The position numbers and the translations under genes are program-made. From Lepidodermella squamata (Eukaryota; Animalia; Gastrotricha), in NCBI GenBank assembly GCA_047495785.1, contig JBLDXI010000018.1:496001-560000 (forward strand): a DNA stretch of 64,000 bases, written 5' to 3'. Below the pieces are notes generated by a model. It was not told the DNA's origin. It was given only the letters and a program-made list of their open reading frames with translations, and did no database searches. Below, in pieces: positions 1 through 13,755 of the stretch (positions are counted from its first letter, which is position 1; each line of letters begins with the position of its first letter).

Positions 1-1353
1 CGACCCGATAAGCCCCTTCCGCTGAAGCCGCGTGATGGCTCGCGCCGCCCCCCGACCGGGGCACGGGCACGAAGTTTTCAACTGCGGCCGTTTGGCGCGA
101 TGCCGGAAATCGCGCAACCGGGCATCCACGAAAAGCTGGCCTACGCATTCGCCGCCCTCAACCCGCCTGATGTCAGCCGCGTTATCGGTGTCGGCTCCGC
201 AGCCATGTTGACTGCTGCGTTGGCTGGGGACGACGTGTTGGGATGCATCAGGCTGGTCAACACACTCAACGAGCTGTTCGGCCTGAGTCAAGTTGCAGCA
301 GCGCCAGCCGCAGCCGCGCCTGCCGCGGCAGTGCCTGCGCAACCACAAGATCAGCCGCCGCCGCCACCCCCGCCGCCGGCCGCGCCTGCTCCTCCTGCCG
401 CTGCTCAAGGCCCCGTCGTCTTTGCCGCCGCCGCTGCTGCTGCTGCCGCTGCTCCTTCTGCATCTGCGGCGTCGTCTCAAGCCGGTCCTAGCCATCAACA
501 GCTAGGACCATCGAACGCAACTGGTTTGTCGGCCCGTCAGCAGCCACCCAAGCGTACTGCAGGTGGTGAGCCTAAAAAACAACCGGCAAAGCGCGGTAGG
601 AAACCTGCAACAAGCACAACCACAGCAGCACCGGCACCACCGACATCTCAAGCCGCCGCTCAACAACCGTCAACATCTTCGCAGATGCCGCCGCTGCCAC
701 CGTCGACCAGTGCTGCCGCCACTACTGTTGCTGCCGCTGCCGATGCACCTTCGACCAGTGCTGACGACGGCGGAGCTGCTATTGCTGCTGCTGCTGCTAT
801 CGCTTCAAACACAGTGTTGATTGCTCCTGGTTCCTGCGACTTCACCCTGCCGGCATTCGCCAACTTCCTGAAAGCCAATGGCCGCATTACCGCGCTCCGT
901 CTCACAGACAAGGAACAATTCCTATTCAATCAGGTAATTTAACTGTTTTTATTTTACCTTCGCAAATAGTCGTCGATTGTTGATATAGTGTCATTTAACA
1001 TTGTTGTTTTAATGAACATTTTCAGGAAGTGATCTGTCGAGCTGCTCTTTTGGTCACGCGCGAGCGACTGGCTTATAACGTGCCAAACATCATGGGTGCG
1101 ATCGCGGTCTGCGCAGAGGCCGAGCATGGCGTCGCCTTCAGAGACGCCATTCGCAAAAAACTCGAATCCTATAAGCCGGCGGTCGTTAATACCGACAAAG
1201 TTCCGCAGCACGAAGGTGCGACTTTGCGCAAGGTAATTTTGTCGATTTTAAAACATCCCATTTTATTCTAAGCAATGTCTGTTTTTCTAGATCTACGAGG
1301 CCCACCTAAAATCGTTAACCCTTCCGCCCAAAAAATTGAACTTACCAAAGTAA
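1..1353 (+). CDS. RPA70-like OB-fold protein, copy A (5'-truncated by window edge); exons <1-933, 1026-1232, 1291-1353
   Basis: Near-identical to 22857-24212. GT/AG sites give phase-0 joins FLFNQ|EVICR and TLRK|IYEAH...LPK*. AATAAA at 1758-1763. Confidence 0.75.
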
Positions 1354-1837
1354 CTTCTTACTTCTTACTTCTTACTAAATTTTATTCCCTTCCTCACGTC
1401 TTCACGTCTTCCCTTCCTCTTTTCTGTTGTTTCCCGTTATCTCATGTAAATATAGCTCATATCATCTTTGGCCGTTTTGCGCCGTAGTATTAACATAATC
1501 ACAATTACTTCAATCCATCCATTCATCCATCCATACATCCTTCAATCCTTCAATCAACCACAATCACAACTCAATTCCTTTTTATATTGCGCCAAATGCA
1601 TCTTCTGTTCTTCGGATAGCTTTGTATTATTGCTTGAATTATGGTGTATATACTTATATCAATCCTTCTTTACACTGAAATTTTTCTTGATGAAAACACG
1701 TGTGGTACCTATGCGTACGGTATGTGGTATATGATGATGCAATAACTGTTGTAGTACAATAAATAATAATCGCATTTTTCCTAATAATTGTCGTATAATT
1801 TATTCCGTTATTTAGAAATTAAAAGGCTGAGTTTATA

Positions 1838-4416
1838 ATGAGCAATATTGATATAGAGGAAAATACTATCGGTTAGTTTTCGGTTGCTTTACATAGAAAA
1901 CAAATTTGTAATTAATCTTGGAACTTTTTAGAGCCCGTAGCTGCTGCTTCATCTGTTGATTCGCACGAGGCATTTATGAAATGGCTGAAAGGTGACTATT
2001 TGTTTGCATACATATTTTATGACGTCTTATAATATGGTGTTGTCGTTAAATCAGAACCGATGGACGCGGAAGAGATGTCTGAAACAGAGGATATGATCCA
2101 GGCAGCACTCAACTGGCTGTACAGTAAGTTGAACATATTTCTGTTTTCATTTTCAGATAATTATTTTTCCGAAAAGCGCCCGCTGAAGATGTCTCAAAAG
2201 ATGAGCACCTGTTCGAAAATGCTTCGAAAGCTTCAGAAATAGCGCTAATCGCTATCAAACAATACCAATCAGCTGCTCAAGGTAAGAAGTTTCAAGAAAA
2301 TGATGGCATTTTTTGATTGCTTGTTATGATTGTTGTGAAAATAATAATAATAATAATAATAGTATTTAAAATTCGATTTGCGCCATTTCATTCAGGGTCG
2401 TCGACAAACGCCGCCGCTGCCACTGTATCACCATACATCGCGAAGTTGCGGTGGAACACGACGAAGCTGCCGGACGGCAGTCGCGCGTACCTGATCAGCG
2501 TCTTCGGCCTGCGCAACATGCTCGAAGCCGTGCGGCTGCGCCGAACATTGCCGGCTACTTGCGAACGCCTCGTCTGCGTGCCATCGGCGTACCCTCTTCA
2601 GCCGTGCCGGGCAGTGATCGTCATGCGTGACGAACAAGCAGCACGCGCCATGCTCGACCGCGGTGTTCTACTCGTGCCGCCCAGCAACCGCCCGGTCAAT
2701 GTTATGCGGATGACGCCGCTGTCAAGCGACCACCAAGGCCTCTACAACATCTCGTCGCAGGCTTTCGTCGACAAGCTGCTGCCGGCGCAAATAAACCTCG
2801 CCACTGACTTGTTGCCGCTGCGCGAGTTGGCGGAAATGGCTGTCACCGGCCTCGACGCCGTCTCCATCCGCGCGAGCCCGCAGTACCGCTACGCCATCGA
2901 CCGCGCCAAGCGCACCGTGCTGCTGACGAACGTGCCGCTCGGCAAAACCGCCGACGATGTGCGCCAGTACGTGTTGCAGACGGCACCGGCATTATTTCTG
3001 CCGACCGACATCGAGAGCGTTCGCCTGCACAAGAACCAGCGCTCAACTGCGTGCGCCGCCGTCGTCCGCTTGCGCAACGAGGCAATTGCGGGCGAATTCG
3101 TCGATCGGCTCGGCAACGACCGTGTCGCCTTCGGCACGCAGCTGTTCGTCGACCGTGCCGGTGCTGATCGCCAGCTGCAGTCGGCCGATGAAAGGGAGCG
3201 ATGTGCAGTCGACTATGAATCGGCCGTCGACTACACGTTGGCCTATGTGCTCAAGGTTGACCGCCGCGTTACTCGTGCGCAGCTGCAAGCCGCCTACGCC
3301 TTGAGACTAAAACGCTTTAGTCTCAAAGCCTACGCCCAACATCAGGCGCACGATGTGCACGTCGTCCAGCCGCCCGAGGCGCGCTACGCCTTCGTCGCCG
3401 TTCGGTTCGCCACTCGCCAACAGCGCGACGCGTTCTGCCGCGCTCGGCCTCTATCGTACGGCCGCATGGTGGTGGCCGCGTCGTCTTTTCACGAAGCGCG
3501 TCAACAACACGACTTCCACCGCGTGCTGGAGCCGAGCGGCCAGGCGTGGCGGCACCTCGACCCGCGCTCGCCCGTACGTTACGCCGCTCACCTGCAAACC
3601 GGCAGCGACCTGGCGGCTTGGTTCAGCTGCTTTTTCGACGACGGCGAGCAGCCGACTGCTGAAGCGCTCGAAAGGCTACTCGAGATAAATTACACCGGCG
3701 CATTTCGTTCCTCGGCAGAAGCGTACATCAAAGCGCGCTTCACAAATGGCGCCGCTGCGCTGCAACACCTCAGCGCGCAAAGGACAGCTCGTCGCCAGCA
3801 CCCAATTTATAAGAAATTTTTTTGTCCCTTCAGCGTCGATATCATGTCTGTTCGTCACATTCTTAGTTTTCTCGACCCGAATTCACGTGAGCACGGTGAT
3901 CTCATGTTCTGCATTAGGCAAACAGTCCCCGCCAGCAATCGATTCGCTTTCGTCAAGGACCAACTGGCAATAATAGCCAACAATCAACATCTCATGACCC
4001 AGGTTTTTCATCATCGACTCACGGCGTGCTCAACCAACTGCCGCCTGTGTCACGTGCTCACTCCTGATTTCGATTATTTTGTTTCCGACCTCATGACCGT
4101 GCTTGGTTTACAAAAAAATCACTGTCTAGCTCCTAGCACTTACGTAGTTACCGATCTGATCGGCTCTGACCTCCTATATTTAGGCAAGACTAACCGTCCA
4201 CTGAAGCGGCCCATTGATCACATCGGTGACGTAGAACGCCTCGAGCTCAGCCGCACCATCCCTCACTTTTGCTACAAGCACGGTTTTCGCCACCCTCAAT
4301 ACCCTTTCCAAATGAACCTGATAGCTGTTAGCCCCAACGCACACTTTGTCGAACAGACTCTTATCGACGTTTGTTGGGAATTTACCTCGAATTTATCGAG
4401 ATCTGACTGGCGTTAG
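1838..4416 (+). CDS. 3xRRM + Cys-linker + GIY-YIG endonuclease fusion, copy A (~762 aa); exons 1838-1871, 1932-1991, 2055-2123, 2177-2281, 2396-4416
   Basis: All four introns are GT-AG, phase 1 and frame-compatible. RRM-like RNP2/RNP1 segments: VLLTNVP...CAAVVRL, AYVLKVD...RYAFVAVRF, and a weaker YIAKLRWNTT...RAVIVMRDEQAA. C-terminus CSTNCRLC...HC..STYVV...YLGKTNRPLKR..DH...EQTLI...SN matches the GIY-YIG motif order. Confidence 0.8.
3301..3327. mobile_element. 27-bp TIR micro-insertion or excision footprint with 9-bp TSD, in frame
   Basis: TTGAGACTAAA-acgc-TTTAGTCTCAA-a is flanked by GCCTACGCC at 3292-3300 and 3328-3336. It is absent from copy B, which has a single GCCTACGCC. Confidence 0.85.
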
Positions 4417-6357
4417 TTTTTTCTGCTCACGCTAGTCATCGATAAAAATTCTGGTAAATTTTCCATTATTGAAAAATTTAGTAGTTTTCAAAATTCAATT
4501 AAAGTTCGAGCTTTCTTTTGACTCTGACTTGCTTTTGGCTTTTGACTCTGTTTGCGTGTCTTGCAGTAGATTTTATTTCGAAAATTACTGTTATCGTTTG
4601 ATTTTGCCTCGTAATGATTTTGTTCATTTTTTATTGTGTTTGTATATCCTGCAATGTTATTACCATCGAAATTGCTTCATTTTAACAAGAAAATGACTAG
4701 ATAATGTCTCACTGCTTCATTTCCCCTCTCGGTGAACTCCAGATTATTTATCGGGCATCATGTCTCGGGCGTCGTTTGTTATGCGGTCTGAGAAGAAGAA
4801 GAAGAAGAAGAAGTCGTAAAAGCTTGCTATTAATGCAGCCGATGGTAACCGTGTCAGATGGTAAAGTACTCTGTATCATAAATATTGGTAACCATGGTCT
4901 TGAGATAGCAGTACCGGAGGCGTTTCCCAAAACTTTAAACATTGACTTGGTGACCTGAGAGTAGCAAGTTGGAAATAGCGCTTAACCAAAAAATGGCCTA
5001 GGTGCTCGTAATGAAACAAGCCAACGTTGATTGAATCATTTTGTTGATTTTATTTGTTTGATTGATCCGTCAAAACAAAGTAATAAATAGCAATAATAAT
5101 ATTTTTCTTGATTTTCAGCATGAAAATGCGAACTATAGAACATCATATCAAACATCATCGACAGCAGCAGCAGCAGACAAAAAATTAAAAATCTGTATAA
5201 TTGAGTTGATGTACCTATAGTCGAAAGTGTCGATTTCGCGATAATAATCACGTGAATAAGAGAAATTATCATGTACAACGAAACGAAAAAGAAAATCAGC
5301 AGCGCTATAGACTAATCAGAGGACAACAACAAAAACAAATTATTTTTGTTTGATTTTTCGATCCATTATAATTCGATCCATTATAATTCATAAATAACAG
5401 CCGATTGAAGCCATTTAAATGCTAAAAACTATAGTCTTTATAGCCAAATTTCTCAACTTCAGTATTGCACTCTCAACTTCATAATTAAGTGTATAAATGT
5501 CTTAATAAAAGGTAAATTGCTATTTATGAAGTTGGCAGTTCAAAAATAGCGCGGTAAATTGTTTTTTCTCGAGGTTGTTTGTTAATGAGGCGGCTATTAT
5601 TATCCTGGCACTTAGTCATCTCACGCGCACCTGTAAAAAAGATAGGTAGAGCGGTAGAGAGCAGCCAGCACACGAGCAGTAGTTTGAGGCGTCTGCTCTT
5701 CATATTATTCTTCGTGTTATTATTAGTGAGAGAACTTTGACAATAGGCTGTCAAGTTTCTTGCTTCTTGCTGCTGCTGCTTATAATTAAGCGAAGACGCA
5801 GCACGAGTGGTGTAGAGTCGAAAGTCGCGAGTGAACTTCACGTCGTTGGCAAGGTGACGATCGTCGTCGGCATTGCCGTGATTTCGCAGCAGCTTTTGCT
5901 TACAAGCCCCAACCAGGAAGACAGTACAACGACGTCATTATGGCGGGCGGCAATTATTCACCCGCAAGAAATAGGCTGATAATAATGCTACACTAACTAC
6001 AACTAACTCATCAACAAAATGGCTAATACGTTACTTATACACTCGTATTCAAATATATGTCAAAATTAACTGGTCTCCTCTACGTGTTGGCGTGTTATTT
6101 TTGAACATCCATTCGAGACGCGTAGGCTCGGGCAAGAATTTCACACGTAAAGACTTTGTTCACGTCGCGGAAACGAGTATACACCAATAATTTCCTCTCA
6201 TTTCATATCCGTTCTGCTCGGCTTGGCAATGATATACATTTAATTAATCTGTTAGATAATTAAGCAAAGCAAAAATGTGTGAAAATGCGACTACTCAACT
6301 GCTGTTAGTGTGCTGATGATGATGCTGCAGCCTAGCAGCGGCTGATGGCCGGCTCGA

Positions 6358-9300
6358 TTGATAATCATCGGCGCAACCATCACTGCGATCAATTCACCCG
6401 AGATGTCTTATTTTATGATAGAACAGCTCGGCCGCTGCGTTTGGGTCGACAGCGGCCAACTGTCCGACTTTTACGAGGACGGCGGCGAGTACGAGACCCT
6501 GCTGCAGCAGCAGCAACGCTATGATGAGCAGCTCACGGCTGCGGCCAATGACTCCACTGTTACCGTACCATCGACGACAATCGACGCCTACGACATGTTA
6601 GTCGAACACTTAATATACTATAGATGAAACTATTGTAGCTTTGCCCTAATTATAAGGCTTGATTGGAATCTATTAGGAAATGTGATTTGCAGTCTATCGG
6701 AACCTTATCCAGCTTTCAACAGAATTCCGAAGGCTAGAGGGCTTGGAAAGCTATTTTAATCGACCTTCGCTTCAGAGGTTGCCATGAAAATAAAAATGGT
6801 TCTCACTTTTCATTTGTCATAAATTTGGAACCTTTTATTTCCCGTAGACCAACGTTTGACCAACTATTGACCTTTTTTCTTGGGTTCATGTGATCGTTAT
6901 AATTAAATATAGTAAATTTGACAAGGATCGCAATTGGAACCTGCTGGCCAATATTTTGAACGGTCCATTAGCTTCCGACATGCTAAGCCTATCCTATTTA
7001 TGAATGTATTGCCTCAATGGCTATCTTTAGAAGAGGATTCCCTCTCTCCAGGCGCAGCCTCACATTAAGAACCGCTTTCGACCTTAGAAGTTTCCGATTT
7101 CCATGATTCCAAGCTCAAGTTTATTAATGGTCATCATCGGAATTTTCTGTCCAGTCTCCAGTCGCCTTCTGAAAGCTTACGCTTCATTTTTGAAGATTCC
7201 ACGAGCTTAGATTTCTCCGAAAATAGCTTGGGTGCTTTTTAGTAGAAGACTGGACTATTACAGGTTGACGAGCAATCTTCAAAATTCATCCTTATTGGCT
7301 TATTGATCTTTTATTTCCGCTTTATTTCCGCCTATTAACGAACGCTTTTTCAATCGATATAGGATCGTTGAAACTGCGCGGCTTCGATTCGTCGGCTTTC
7401 TCGAGAATGAAGGCATCGGCATGAGCGATGTGGCTCGCAAATTTACCGCAACGTGCCACGAATTCTATCAACAGGTTGTTTTTAACTTGCCCATAAAGTG
7501 TCATAATTGTTTTATACAAAAAACTGGACAGTGCCTATTCGCGGATGCTCAAGTGTGCATGCGAGACGAAATCGCGTCGTGGCGCACCTTTGTGATATAC
7601 GCGCCGTTCGCGCTGCTGCTGATCCTGGTCGCGCTCGTGCTCAACTCGCTGTCGGCGTACTTTGTATCGCGCAACCGTAACAAGTACCCGCGGCACACCA
7701 TCCTGCAGAACCTCGCCCTCAGCGACTCGCTGCTGAGCATCCTCACGCTGATGAAGCGAGGCGTCGACTTTCTGCCCGCGTCGCTAGGCGGGCCGTCGCA
7801 ACTGCCGTGGCTGGCCTTCAACGCCGTTTGGCAGGCGTGCTGGATCGTGTCGGCGCTCGAGGTGCTGTTGCTCAGCCTCGACTGCTTCGTGGCGACACAG
7901 CTGCCGTATTTCTACCGCAGTGCGGGCGCGAGGCGCGGCATCAAAATTGCGATGGCGGTCATATGGCTGGTGGCGATCGGGCTGACGGCGCTGCTGGCGT
8001 ACCTCGGCCTCGCGTACCTCGCCGACGTGCAGTACATTGTTTGCTCACTCATGGTAGTCATTCTCATTGTTGTCGTCGTTGAATGTTTCTACGTATTCAT
8101 GCTCGCTGAGTAAGCCATTAATTTATATAGCTATTATTGGCTCTAAATTGTATTTGAATTCAATTATTATAGGCGAGTTCGACGCCAGCAGCAGCGCTAC
8201 TTCTACGACAACCGAACGCAGATTCGAAAGTTGTCGAAAAACCGCAAGCGAAGCTTTGCGACAATCGCCATGGTCATGGCTTGGTAAATTTTTTAAACAC
8301 TCTACTTACTTGCAGAGTTTAACTAATTTTTCATTCAGCACTTTCATTTGCTGGCTGCCACTGCTGATATATTTTCTATTGCCGGAAGAAATTCACGCGA
8401 ATAACCTTCAAGTCTCACACCAGCTGTAAGTTATTGAACCAACTCTTTTAATTCGAGGCCGGGATTTTTTGCGGAATGAATCGGCTCAGTCGCACTCCCA
8501 GCTATTTTTAGCTCCAATAATGATGCGCAACGCGGACAAACATGAGAGACCATCATGTAAAATAGGTTGATTAATTTTAAGTTCTAATTTTAAGGTTCGT
8601 TCATAATAAGAAGCTACAGAGTTGGTATCCAACAGATTTGTTTTAGCGAACAATGTATTTATTTTGAAAAGTTGAATATTAGACTCCGGCCCCAGGTGGG
8701 CTTATATGGCGCATCAAACACATGTAAATTGTTGTTATGCGTCTTCATTTTCAAGTCTCCGCACATGTTTTTCCAGAACTTTCCCATCTCCAACATAAGA
8801 TATATGCATTCCTGGTTTTTTTAGATAACTCGTATGAATTTATTCATAGCCGTCAGACGTATGCAGCCGGCGTATTTATAGAACTCACGTGAAAACTTAT
8901 TATAATGCTGAGTCTTTTTTAAACAATAACAAAAAAACACGCCTCGTCTCGCACGCGCGCGAGCTACGAAATAAACATCTTTTTTATTAATTACTTCAGG
9001 TGTTTTCTTAAAACCAGTTGGTAAAAAGTAGCCCCGGAGATGAACTGCATTCAACTAATAGCTTTTTGGGCAAAGGAATGCTTATCAGCGATGCGTAGAA
9101 TCTCGCTGTTAAAAAGTGTAACAATTAAATTTAAATGATATTTTCGGACATGGTTTATATTATATTTATACCCCTGTAGTTGAGAATTGTAATAGGGAAG
9201 TTGAGAAATCTTTGGCCAAAAACCCATACTGCCACCGAAATGCCACCTAGGGCCACCGGGGTCCTATGGCTAGGACCTCGGCAGACTCCTTTGGCAGCAT

Positions 9301-10793
9301 TTCGGGGCAGAGCTATCAGCCGAAACTGATGAATTAATGCAAAAATTAGCTTAGTGTGGGTAAAATGATGATGCGCATAATAAAAATTAAGCTCATTTGC
9401 ATATTCATATTTTTGAATATTGCATTTTTTTACCATGCGAGCGGAACGAGCATGTGGCGGTGACTAAGTACTTTGTCCGGCTTTGGTTGTTAGCTCCACA
9501 GCATCAGCCAATTACACCCATTATAATGTCAAAAATAACCATTTCTAGTCTATTTCAACCAAATTTCTCAACTTCCGTATTACAAATTCTCAACTTCCCT
9601 ATTACATTCTCAACTTCCCATTTAAGTGTAGAATCTTGAAATTCAATTCCGATGATTATTTTGTTGTCCGGTCGTCAATCTACTTGAGACTGTTTGATGA
9701 ACATTTTGCTCAAATGAAGATATGAAGGTGATGGGCTAGACAGTTAACTCTTAAGACTTCCGCTTTCCATCACCTGCGATTGTCTCCTAACTCAAAAATA
9801 TTCGCATGAAATTTCAGAAATGATGCGTTCTGAAATGGGGAAATTAAGATGCGAATCTTGGTTGCTTCAAAACGTTCCCATCAACTTATTTGAAGTGTGC
9901 GGTTTTCGTCTGATCGTTTTAATTGATATTGTTGTTTTCATAGGCTTGCGGTGTGCCTAATATGCTTTCACCTGAACGGCGTCATCAACCCGGTGGTGTA
10001 CTCGTTCCGGTTCCGCGACGTGCGCGTGCCGATGCAGCGCAACTTCTCGGCCGCGACGCGCCTCTCGTTCGTGCTGCGGCCCATCGGCTCGCTGCTGCAA
10101 CGCTCCGGCACGTCGTCGACAATCGCCTCGCTCGGCCTCAACGCCGACATCCACAACTACCTGGCGGCGACGGCGCGCTACCGCCACAGCGACCCGGCCG
10201 CCGCTGCGTACAGCTCGAGCGGCTCGTCATCGAGGCGCCATTCCGGCACTCATCGCCGCAATTCTGGCCTCATGCCGGAGTCGCGACTTCCAGCCGCCCC
10301 TCGCCGCCCGTCGTACACCTTCGACGGCTTCAACGGCGTGGCGCCGATGATGGGCATCAACAACCGGCATAATAGACATTGGCCGCCGCAGCGCAAGCTA
10401 TCGATGCCCACGCCGGCTGCTTTGTCGTCGCTGATGCAGTTCAGCCACCAGTTGAGCGAAGCTGCGTCGTCGTCGTTCGACATCGACTCGACGCTGAGCG
10501 GGTCGTCCAGCGCCGTCATGGAACTGCCGCCGTTCATGCGCAAGAAGCACAGTTTGACGATCGCGTCCATGGGCGGGCTCTACGAGCATGACGACAACGA
10601 CGCAGAACGTGCTAGTAACAACGATGAGCAGCAGGAAAGGGAGCCAGAACGAGAAGAAGGAGACGCCGCCGACGACGACGACGACGACGAAGATGCGGCT
10701 ATTCGGCGCCGGTTACTCGTCAACGGCGACGGCGACGTCCTCCAAGAACGGCAGGCTCCTATTGCAGATTCCGAAGATGAATCGCCGGTGTAA
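6358..10793 (+). CDS. Class A (rhodopsin-like) GPCR with a long multi-exon N-terminus and a long Ser-rich C-tail; start codon uncertain
   Basis: TM2 NLALSD, TM3 end SLDCF (DRY position), TM4 W, TM6 FICWLP (~8340-8425), TM7 NPVVY (~9985). Open small exons in 6690-7420. Confidence 0.85.
9165..9635. mobile_element. MITE-like element in a GPCR intron, with TCTCAACTTC subterminal repeats; related end at ~5400-5500
   Basis: GTTGAGAATTGTAATAGGGAAGTTGAGAA (9179-9207) is the near reverse complement of TTCTCAACTTCCCTATTACATTCTCAAC (~9587-9614). The same repeat array occurs at 5444-5498. No TSD identified. Confidence 0.5.
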
Positions 10794-13755
10794 TGGTTTC
10801 GTCATGTTTTTGCTACTATGCAGCCTTCAATTTTCATATTATTATTTTCTTACTCAAATAAATTGATTTTATGCTACTGATTTTGGGAGTTTTTGATACA
10901 AAATCGAAATAATTTGGGACACGATTACGTGCCGCACTTGGCCAGACATTTGTCACCCGATCAGGAACTTATTTTCAGCTACATTGCGTGGTTTACTTCG
11001 TATGCTATTCGTGATGTCTGCTATCCTCGGAAATGAAGAATCGCAAAAGCTCAGGAAAGAAAAGCAGTGACATATTCTGTGTTCCGCGGGCTCAAATTAC
11101 ATCAAATAATAATGGGAATTAGATACATTTCTCAATACAGAGAAATATTAATGCATTAAATATTGGACAAATTGTTCCTTCAAGTCAGAACCTCGGAACT
11201 ATACATGGCTACTGTGACCATGTCTTTGGGTGAAAAATTCGAAGCATTTTCGAAGTAAAAAAAACACAGCGCAGAAACACAGTCGCCCGAAAATACTTGG
11301 AAATATTCACAGTGTCCCATTTACGAATAGGTAGGTATATTTCCGTTTATTCCGTTTACATTGCTTTTCTCTAACTGCGTTGGAAATATTATCAACTGTC
11401 GAAAAGTAAAAGTGATTGATTAGACGGCTGTTATTACCGCGCCTTCTACGTCATATTGTGCCACACATGGCTGATGATGGTAATTATTTCTATCATGCCG
11501 CATTTGTCATTTTTCTTTCCGCTCTGGTGTGTTATTCTTCATTTTCGATCATCACGACCGTTCTCAACACATAAAAGGAATGAAAAATAAAAGGGAAGTA
11601 AGGAAGGGTTGGAAGAACTGGATGAAGAAGGGAAGAAGCGTGGAAGAAAAAGAGAGGGAAGAAGGGAAGAGGAAGAAACTTATTACTTGAAAGCATTTCG
11701 CCGTATAAGTGTCAGCCGAATTATGACAAATTAAGTATACTTCTCGGAATGGCAATTTACGAAATGCGACAGTAGTTTGTCTGCTAAAAATAGCCGCGTG
11801 TCTTTGAGTCTGTTGGGCGCGGCGCGTGCTTTTACGATTTTTATTTCGCGGAGATATATACGTGGGCACACCATCGTGTCCCTAACCTACATGCACAATT
11901 GTCATTGCAATCGTAATTACGATTCTACCTGAGAACATGAAAATCATGATGATGATGTTGAAAAAACTGAGCGATGCAATTTGATCGCACACACTTGGGG
12001 TGAATTCTGTCGCAAGTATATAAGAGAGCATCATCATCAGCTTCAGGTAAGTAAGTAAGCAGGTGAGTAATAATAATTTGATGATTAGTCTCTGGCATGA
12101 TGGCATGGGGCAGCGTACCTTGTTCAGCCTGTAATACTGTTTTGCGACAAAATTTATTGCGGTACGTTTGCTATTATAATCACAACAGGATATTAATAAC
12201 GTCTCATGATCGCAGTGCGATGCCCACCACCTGATAATTATTAATAATTGTTGGTAAGCTATGCTACTTTTACAAAATCGGCAATAATTTATTGCGACAA
12301 ATCGGGATGCGCGCCCCTCTGCTCTCTGCTCACTCATCGTGTCTTCTTCGCTTCATCTGCGAAGGCGCGAGGAAACAAAATCTTAATTTTGCTGCTGCGC
12401 CCCCAATAATTTGATATGCCATATATTTATAGTAGGAAAGAATTATTGCCTCTATACATATTTATTACAAGTTTAGGAAAGAATGAAAGAAAATTAATAT
12501 CCTTTGCGTCTTGTCGCGCGACTTGTCGGCGACGCGATGATCACAAACCGAGACGATTTATCAAGCAGATTTTGCGTTCATCGTTTTATTTACCTGCAAC
12601 GAACGCAAAGACTTTTCTAGTTTTATATCTGCTGCTGCTGCTGTTGCTCATCTCACTTGTTTTATATATTGCAGCACATGACAGTTACAAGTTATTGTTA
12701 CATAGGCGGCGCGGTCTACGGTTGACAGTGCATGTGGCTATTTTCAGCAACGCGCATCCAATTGGTTATGGTACTATTAGGTACTCTATACGGATGGTAC
12801 TAATTACACAAACATAATTATTAATAAGGTAGGTGGGTATTATTAACTCAGCATTGAAACAATAAAAGTACCGACTTTTTGCTGTATCAAATCGTATATA
12901 TATACATAAGGTAGTTTCGCTTTGTCTTTGTCATTATTAGCCAATGATCATTATCTATCTATTGCGATGGGCTATTTGATGCCGCTTATAAACATGGGTA
13001 TTTATAAGAGCGAGAGCGAGAGAGAGAGAGAGAGAGCTTGGGCGTATTAAGCGCCGAACGAGACGACGACGACGCGGCGGCAAACAATGGCGGTGATTTT
13101 TCGACCATTTGATATTTGCGTTCATGTTGTAACCATTTGTAGCTGTCACACGGATCTATGCAAGTTCCAACTATGCGCGCGCGAGTATCTATTATTAGGT
13201 AATAATTAGCAACAACTGATGCAGCGGCTACTTCAGCAATCAGGAGCACATCTACGAGGCGGGTATAAGGCGGGTGGGTAATAATGCGACAGGGCGCTCG
13301 CGCGCGCGCGCGCATCCGTTTGTTTCTGCGCGCATCGCGCATCTTATCTCCACCCATCCATCCATCCACCTATCTCTAGTTGGATCTATCCATCCATCAT
13401 GCTGCTGCAATAATAATAAAAAGTGTAACAACCTGCTGTATCCAAATGCGGCGATACCTAATAGGTTTGTATTATTCGCCTATTGTCATTGTCAACCAGC
13501 CTATCGTCATTCGCAAATACAATAATCGCTTTGACATAATCGCCATAATCAGCAGCTTGTTATGTTTTAAATGCCAATGCGCATCACCATGTACACCATC
13601 ATCATCATCAGAGTCTCACCGCGGTCTTTCAACCCCACCTAACCTCACCGCAGCGGCAGTTTAACCGCGCGCCCGCAACGCCTGTTGATACACACAATTA
13701 AATGTCTAAATTTTAGGGTTGTTGCTTCTCTTGATTGTGAAACTTGTGAAACTGT

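Larger units (their letters stand above)
1..4567 (+). repeat. Copy A of a >=4.5 kb duplicated cassette (partner 22857-27367)
   Basis: Base 1 aligns to 22857. High identity through exons, introns and intergenic DNA; similarity ends at ...TTGCAGT (4567 / 27367). Confidence 0.95.

Noticed and set aside
2183-2235. Hammerhead ribozyme (CTGAAGA...CGAAA) as in Penelope pLTRs; also a similar stretch at ~49998-50030
   Set aside because: Stem II does not abut GAAA and the first site is a coding exon. The second lacks intact CTGANGA and GAAA cores.
1-4567. Duplication as an assembly artefact or uncollapsed haplotype
   Set aside because: The copies differ by many synonymous changes, indels and a TSD-flanked insertion, and have unrelated 3' flanks. 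Long reads would give final confirmation.
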